NCBI GenBank assembly: GCA_973895155.1
Contig: OZ316898.1
Coordinates: 12,551,659 to 12,615,658, forward strand
DNA length: 64,000 bases
Reading direction: 5' to 3'
Source of the DNA: Marsupella aquatica
Taxonomy: Eukaryota; Plantae; Marchantiophyta
In this document: piece after piece, positions 62,194-64,000 of the stretch
How positions within the stretch are numbered: the stretch's first letter is position 1
Layout of the letters: the number at the start of each line of letters is the position of its first letter
Made by a program: the position numbers and the translations under genes
The notes under the pieces: generated by a model
What the model saw: only the letters and a program-made list of their open reading frames with translations
What the model was told of the DNA's origin: nothing
Database searches by the model: none

Positions 62194-64000
62194 TGTTGAT
62201 AAAACTATCTAGCATGACTAAGATACCGGAACAGCCAACGGGAAGCACATAAGTACTCGGGGAAAGGGCAAGGAGTGCAGGGGGCGACAAAGAGGCGCCG
62301 CATAGTAGAAGAGCCCAAGAGAAGGGGCGAAAGCATCAGATGGATGCAACCTAGATCTAAAGGTAAGCAGCAAGGGACAGAAGACGACAACGAACAGAAA
62401 GTGGGCCCGTATACTGAAGGGGAAAACAAGGTACTGAAGATCGTAGTTTCCAACACCCCCTCTCGATCTGAAGCCGCAGAAAACAAACGGGAGAGAGAGA
62501 GATGATGCAGGTCAGCGAGAGTACCACTGTAGGTATAGTGCGGGAGTGCAGTGTACACATATGATGAACCTAGATGAGAAGAGAGGACCTAGACCGAATG
62601 CCAAGGAAATCTCGATGCTTTTCAAAAATTTGCCGACAGACTTGTTTGGTGAAAATGTCAGCATGTTGGTCATCGGTGTTGATGTATTGTAAAGAGACTT
62701 CGCCTTCAAGAATCCTTTCACGTACAAAGTGGTGTTTGGCCTCAATGTGTTTGGTGCGAGCATGGAAGATCGGATTCAGAGCAAGTCGAATAGATCCTTG
62801 GTTATCGCAGTGTAAGTGTAGATCGTGAGAAGTAGGGATTGCAGCTTCGTGTAGGTCCTTGTGGATGGTGGCATTGTCGCATTGAACAGGAACGGTGACG
62901 TTGGAGGTATGTTGGAGCTCGCGAAGTAATCGACGTAGGTACACAGCTTCCTTAGTAGCCTCAGAGAGGGCCTTGTACTCAGCTTCGGTGGTGCTGTCCG
63001 AAATTGTGGGTTGTCGTTTGCTAGCCCAGGAGATAGGCCCAGAAGCCAGGGTGAAGACATAGCCAGCAGTAGAGCGCCGAGTATCGAGGCATCCAAGGTA
63101 GTCCGCATCAGTATATCCTGTGAGAAGAAGCTGAGAGGAGCGTTTGTAGTGGATCCCATAGTCAAGTGTCTTCTTAACGTACCGAAGGATGTGCTTGGCA
63201 GCTTCCAAGTGCTGCAAGTGAGGTTGAGACATAAAACGAGCCACCATACCAACTGAGTAGGATAGATCCGGTCGAGTGGTCGTAAGGAAGAGTAGTTTAC
63301 CCACAAGGGTGCAATACTCTGAGCGGTCAACGGGAGCCGTGTTAGAGTTAGATTGAGTGGCGAATCCTTCTGGTAGAGGCGTGTGGGCAGGCCTGCATTC
63401 AGTCATATTGTAATCACGAAGAATCTGTTCGGCATAGGTGTGCTGGTGAAGAAGCATACCGTTTGCAGTCTTGGTGAACTCCACACCGAGATATTTGCGG
63501 ATTTCACCAAGATCCTTCATTTCGTACCGATTCTGAAGATTGAGCTTGATAGTGTCGATGAGTGCCAAATCATTGCCGGTAATAAGAAGGTCGTCCACGT
63601 AAAGGAGTAAGAGTACAATAGAGGACCCCTGAAATAAGTAATACAGGTTGGGGTCAGCATCGCTCCGAGTCCAACCTTGTTCGTGAAGGTACTTATCAAT
63701 CTCTTGATACCATTCACGGGGGGATTGCTTCAGTCCATAGATGGATTTGTTGAGCCGGCAAACAAGGTGCTCCAATCCTTTACGAGCAAAGCCAGGCGGT
63801 TGTTGCATGAAAAGGAGCTCTTTAAGAGTCCCGTTAAGGAATGCAGTAACAACGTCCATATGACTGATAGGCCAACCAGATGCAACAGCAAGAGCGATAA
63901 CAGCACGAAGAGTTGACCAGCGAACGACGGGTGCAAAAGTGTCATTATAATCTATGCCAGGTTGCTGTTCAAGACCCCTAGCAACAAGACGAGCTTTAAG
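62194..64000 (-). mobile_element. Ty1/Copia LTR retrotransposon, 3' part (RT, RNase H, PPT, 3' LTR)
   Basis: 3' LTR 62455-62194 (262 bp) with TGTTG...CAACA termini; PPT GAGAGGGGG at 62464-62456 immediately before it; candidate TSD CAGAG at 62189-62193. Confidence 0.95.
62570..64000 (-). CDS. Copia pol polyprotein, RT and RNase H (5' partial)
   Basis: Open from the window edge: KARLVARG, TFAPV, MDVVTAFLNG, SIYGLKQSPREW, LLYVDDLL, GYTDADY, STTEAEY, CDNQGSI, HARTKHI, ADIFTK. Confidence 0.96.
   Translation of the reverse strand, partial: LKARLVARGLEQQPGIDYNDTFAPVVRWSTLRAVIALAVASGWPISHMDVVTAFLNGTLKELLFMQQPPGFARKGLEHLVCRLNKSIYGLKQSPREWYQEIDKYLHEQGWTRSDADPNLYYLFQGSSIVLLLLYVDDLLITGNDLALIDTIKLNLQNRYEMKDLGEIRKYLGVEFTKTANGMLLHQHTYAEQILRDYNMTECRPAHTPLPEGFATQSNSNTAPVDRSEYCTLVGKLLFLTTTRPDLSYSVGMVARFMSQPHLQHLEAAKHILRYVKKTLDYGIHYKRSSQLLLTGYTDADYLGCLDTRRSTAGYVFTLASGPISWASKRQPTISDSTTEAEYKALSEATKEAVYLRRLLRELQHTSNVTVPVQCDNATIHKDLHEAAIPTSHDLHLHCDNQGSIRLALNPIFHARTKHIEAKHHFVRERILEGEVSLQYINTDDQHADIFTKQVCRQIFEKHRDFLGIRSRSSLLI

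Overview
Eukaryotic land-plant nuclear DNA with spliceosomal introns, plant TTTAGGG telomere-type repeats and plant-specific genes. A non-seed plant such as a bryophyte seems most likely, but that is inference. Hand-spliced gene models give: an AFG1/LACE1-type ATPase (-, runs off the left edge); an intronless TPR protein with a fungal/protist-type N-terminal domain (+); BRCA1 (RING-ePHD-BRCT, 12 exons, -); an unrecognised type II membrane coiled-coil protein (-); an intronless active rhomboid protease (-); plastid uroporphyrinogen decarboxylase (+); NO EXINE FORMATION 1 (-); mitochondrial intermediate peptidase (17 exons, +); a GT29 sialyltransferase-like galactosyltransferase (-); and the 3' end (RT-RNase H, PPT, complete 262-bp LTR) of a young-looking Ty1/Copia element at the right edge. 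Intergenic DNA is rich in degenerate repeats, satellites and many short head-to-tail duplications. Best leads: the SET-less fungal-like TPR gene, the orphan membrane coiled-coil gene, three GC-AG introns among about 40, a ~0.9-kb diverged foldback, and a perfect intronic hairpin covering a cryptic 3' splice site. I found no tRNA, rRNA or CRISPR array and no clearly defined new multi-gene system.
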